The notes below the pieces were generated by a model. The model was not told where the DNA came from, searched no databases, and saw only the letters and a program-made list of their open reading frames with translations. From Candidatus Omnitrophota bacterium (GTDB taxonomy: Bacteria > Omnitrophota > Gorgyraeia > 2-01-FULL-45-10): a stretch of DNA of 64,000 nt. Each line of letters opens with the position of its first letter. The first letter of the stretch is position 1. Shown here piece after piece: positions 62,289-64,000 of this stretch. Where the stretch lies: positions 5,040 to 69,039 of the forward strand of contig JBAZKH010000004.1 in NCBI GenBank assembly GCA_041650935.1, in the 5' to 3' direction. The position numbers and the translations under genes were made by a program.

Positions 62289-63511
62289 CAAAAGGCTCTA
62301 ATGTCTTTAGTTTTCATATTACGCAGGACAGGGAGAGGAGGAACCTCGCCATACTCGAGCTTATCCGCAAACGCGGCCCGGTCTCCAGGGCGGAGATATC
62401 GAGGATCCTCGGATCGAATATCGTTACGGTTACTAACTACGCCGACTATTATATCAACAAGAAGATAATACTCGAGGTTGGCCTCGATATGTCATCCGGG
62501 GGCAGGCGGCCCGAGCTTCTGGAATTGAGCCCGAAGAGCGGCTATGTTGTCGGCGTCGACGTCAGCCCTGCGAATATAATGGCGATAGTGGCCGATCTCA
62601 AGGTTAACGCCGCGGCGAAAGTCAGGATGCCCAGGCCGTCGACGAACATGGAAGAGCTGATCGCGCCGGTTGCCAGAATAGTAAAAGAGGTAATGGAAAA
62701 GAGTAAGATAAGCAAGCCCGATATTAAGAATATAGGTATGGGCATCTCCGGTATCATAGATTATCCTTCCGGCACGATCCGCGATACGGATCCTACCAGG
62801 GGCAGGACGCGCGTAAGTTTCCTGAAGTTCGCGAAAGCGATCGAACAGGAGTTCGACATGCCTGTATATATAGGTAACGACGCTTCCTGCGCCGCGTTCG
62901 GAGAGCGGACGCTTAATCCCTCAGCCGACGTGGATAATATCGTATATGTATATTCGGATGTGGGATGCGGTATGGTAATAAACGGCGACGTCTATACGGG
63001 TTCGAGCGGCTGCGCGGGCGAGACGCAGATAGCTTACAACGGCCTCCAGGTCGACGAGGCCAGTTACGTCGAGGAGTTTACTCATCTCAGGCCGTGGGGA
63101 GTCGACCTTGGGATAGTTGCGGGTGCGCGCAAAGCGCTGGCGGATAAAGAGACCACCGCGATCGCGGATCTAGTCGGCGGTAAAGCGGAGAAAATAACGA
63201 AGGAGATCGTGATAGACGCCGCTAAGAAAGGCGATAAACTTGCCGCGGAACTCCTGGAGATTGCCGGGAAGAACCTGGGCGTGCGTATAGCCTATATGAT
63301 AAATTTCCTGAATCCTGCCATGATAATAATAGGCGGGGGCATGGAGACGGCAGGAGATTTTATCTTCGAGCCGGTCAAGCAGATGGTGAAGAAATTTGCG
63401 TTCGAAGAACCGGCGAGCATGGTTAAGATAGTGCCGAGCTTTCTGGGCGAGGATGCGATAGTGATGGGCGCCGCGGCGCTCGCGGCCAGGGAAGTGTTTA
63501 TAGAGGCATGA
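62285..63511 (+). CDS. ROK-family transcriptional regulator (N-terminal wHTH plus sugar-kinase-like domain).
   Basis: RBS GAGGA. N-terminal ...LAILELIRKRGPVSRAEISRILGSNIVTVTNYADYY. VVGVDVSPANIMA, IGNDASCAAFGE, and a Zn-motif-like ...GCGMVINGDVYTGSSGCAGE. Confidence 0.8.
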   Translation: MTKGSNVFSFHITQDRERRNLAILELIRKRGPVSRAEISRILGSNIVTVTNYADYYINKKIILEVGLDMSSGGRRPELLELSPKSGYVVGVDVSPANIMAIVADLKVNAAAKVRMPRPSTNMEELIAPVARIVKEVMEKSKISKPDIKNIGMGISGIIDYPSGTIRDTDPTRGRTRVSFLKFAKAIEQEFDMPVYIGNDASCAAFGERTLNPSADVDNIVYVYSDVGCGMVINGDVYTGSSGCAGETQIAYNGLQVDEASYVEEFTHLRPWGVDLGIVAGARKALADKETTAIADLVGGKAEKITKEIVIDAAKKGDKLAAELLEIAGKNLGVRIAYMINFLNPAMIIIGGGMETAGDFIFEPVKQMVKKFAFEEPASMVKIVPSFLGEDAIVMGAAALAAREVFIEA

Positions 63512-63512
63512 A

Positions 63513-63552
63513 GTATAATGGCAAATGACAAAATCCAAATGACAAATCAATC
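63513..63552 (+). promoter_or_regulatory. Conserved direct-repeat element, copy 2: agtataatggcaaatgacaaaatccaaatgacaaatcaatc, with a third TGACAAA at 63557-63563.
   Basis: It sits immediately after the ROK gene stop and 83 nt upstream of htpX. It is 35/41 identical to 44772-44811. It is followed by loose gatttgg/gatttga repeats up to the RBS. Confidence 0.4.
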
Positions 63553-63634
63553 GTCAATGACAAATATTTGGATTTAAACGATTGATTTGGATTTTGAAAT
63601 TGGGATTTGAAAATTGTGATTGGAGGGTTGCGCG

Positions 63635-64000
63635 ATGTGGAGTTTGAGGCTGCGGATGTGGTTACTTACGGTAGTCCTGTTTGCGATAATATACGCGATA
63701 ATATCGATGGTGAGCTATTCGCTCGGTATCGGCAACTTTTATTTTTACCTTATATTGTCGCTTGTTATGATGTTCGCCCAATATATGCTGGGGCCGAAAC
63801 TTATCGAGTGGTCCATGCAGGTGAGGTATCTCAAGGCCGGTGAACTGCCGGAGCTTCAAACGATGGTCCGTTCGCTTGCTATGGCCGCCAACATACCGGC
63901 GCCGCGTATAGGTCTCGCCAGGATTTCGGTACCCAATGCGTTTGCGTTCGGCCGTTCCATAAAGGATGGGAGAATTTGTGTTACCGAAGGCATAATGGGT
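63635..64000 (+). CDS. htpX: Protease HtpX homologue (M48 family), 3'-truncated by the window end.
   Basis: RBS GGAGGG at 63622-63627. MWSLRLRMWLLTVVLFAIIYAIIS... two N-terminal TM helices. ...ELQTMVRSLAMAANIPAPRIGLARISVPNAFAFGRS... matches the HtpX signature PNAFATG. Confidence 0.8.
   Translation, partial: MWSLRLRMWLLTVVLFAIIYAIISMVSYSLGIGNFYFYLILSLVMMFAQYMLGPKLIEWSMQVRYLKAGELPELQTMVRSLAMAANIPAPRIGLARISVPNAFAFGRSIKDGRICVTEGIMG

Noticed and set aside
63514-63519. TATAAT at 63514-63519 as the -10 of an htpX promoter.
   Set aside because: There is no acceptable -35 or TG extension, and it is 116 nt from the htpX ATG. It may simply be part of the conserved element, which also reads GATAAT in copy 1. 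It is left as part of the regulatory element, not called as a promoter.

Overview
The window is dominated by four giant genes, with a smaller-gene β-glucan utilisation locus interleaved between them. The composition (about 50-55% GC, giant secreted or membrane proteins) resembles lineages known for giant genes such as Omnitrophota, but the taxon cannot be determined from the sequence.

The four giant plus-strand ORFs:
- ORF1, 1..16947, 5'-partial, at least 5,647 aa.
- ORF2, 17223..26666, 3,147 aa.
- ORF3, 34990..44043, 3,017 aa.
- ORF4, 51296..57430, 2,044 aa.

Each is a mosaic of recognisable enzyme-like modules separated by polytopic membrane segments and low-complexity linkers.
- ORF1 carries three site-2-protease (peptidase M50)-like HExxH...xDG membrane modules, two of them in an internal tandem duplication. 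It also has a DUF3131/GH144-like six-hairpin glucanase-like domain, a PEP-utilising-enzyme module (phospho-His domain plus PEP-binding TIM barrel), a GNAT-like domain and a perfect 42-nt in-frame tandem repeat array.
- ORF2, behind a signal peptide, carries in order a TraB/GumN-like domain, a UDP-sugar pyrophosphorylase-like region, a phosphohexomutase-like region with the DPDGDR loop, and a cupin-type phosphoglucose-isomerase-like signature.
- ORF3, behind a signal peptide, carries a ROK/glucokinase-like ATPase, an alanine-dehydrogenase/transhydrogenase-like Rossmann module and a degenerate HAD-like module.
- ORF4 has a signal peptide, a CBM-like β-sandwich, a large polytopic membrane region and a C-terminal GH94 domain with FRDQLQD and GDWNDG motifs.

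Between the giant genes lies a β-glucan locus whose content is most consistent with β-1,2-glucan (sophoro-oligosaccharide) metabolism.
- Three secreted DUF3131/GH144-like proteins, two of them with an N-terminal CBM-like domain.
- A stand-alone CBM-like protein.
- A cytoplasmic GH94 phosphorylase.
- An outer-membrane β-barrel-like protein.
- A sugar ABC solute-binding lipoprotein and two ABC permeases.
- A membrane-anchored CBM-like protein.
- A ROK regulator.
- An OmpR-family response regulator with its histidine kinase.
- A HAMP-only membrane protein.
- A TPR-like secreted protein.
- A 3'-truncated htpX (M48 protease).

Mobile and repeat content:
- A REP-associated tyrosine transposase (RAYT, an IS200-like Y1 HUH enzyme) sits in an AT-rich island, flanked by two copies of a perfect GC-rich palindromic REP (cttgccgggtgaattcacccggcaag).
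- That REP also follows ORF1, and a rearranged remnant follows ORF3.
- A second palindromic REP (ttccaccccggggtggaa) brackets ORF2.
- A third palindromic family (tgYagggcaSRcttaagYStgccctRca) follows two genes.

Regulatory signals:
- Several σ70-like promoters with extended -10 elements (TGnTAAACT / TGnTATAAT), including apparently leaderless starts.
- A clean intrinsic terminator after ORF2.
- A 40-nt direct-repeat element (aaTGACAAA x2-3) found downstream of both regulator genes, upstream of the kinase gene and of htpX.
- A shared upstream motif (GACTCmGCTCAGG-7nt-CCwGAG...TATCCwGA...GCCG) before three secreted glycan-active genes.

All long minus-strand ORFs inside these genes look like antisense shadow ORFs. 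The one exception is a weak candidate beside the RAYT.
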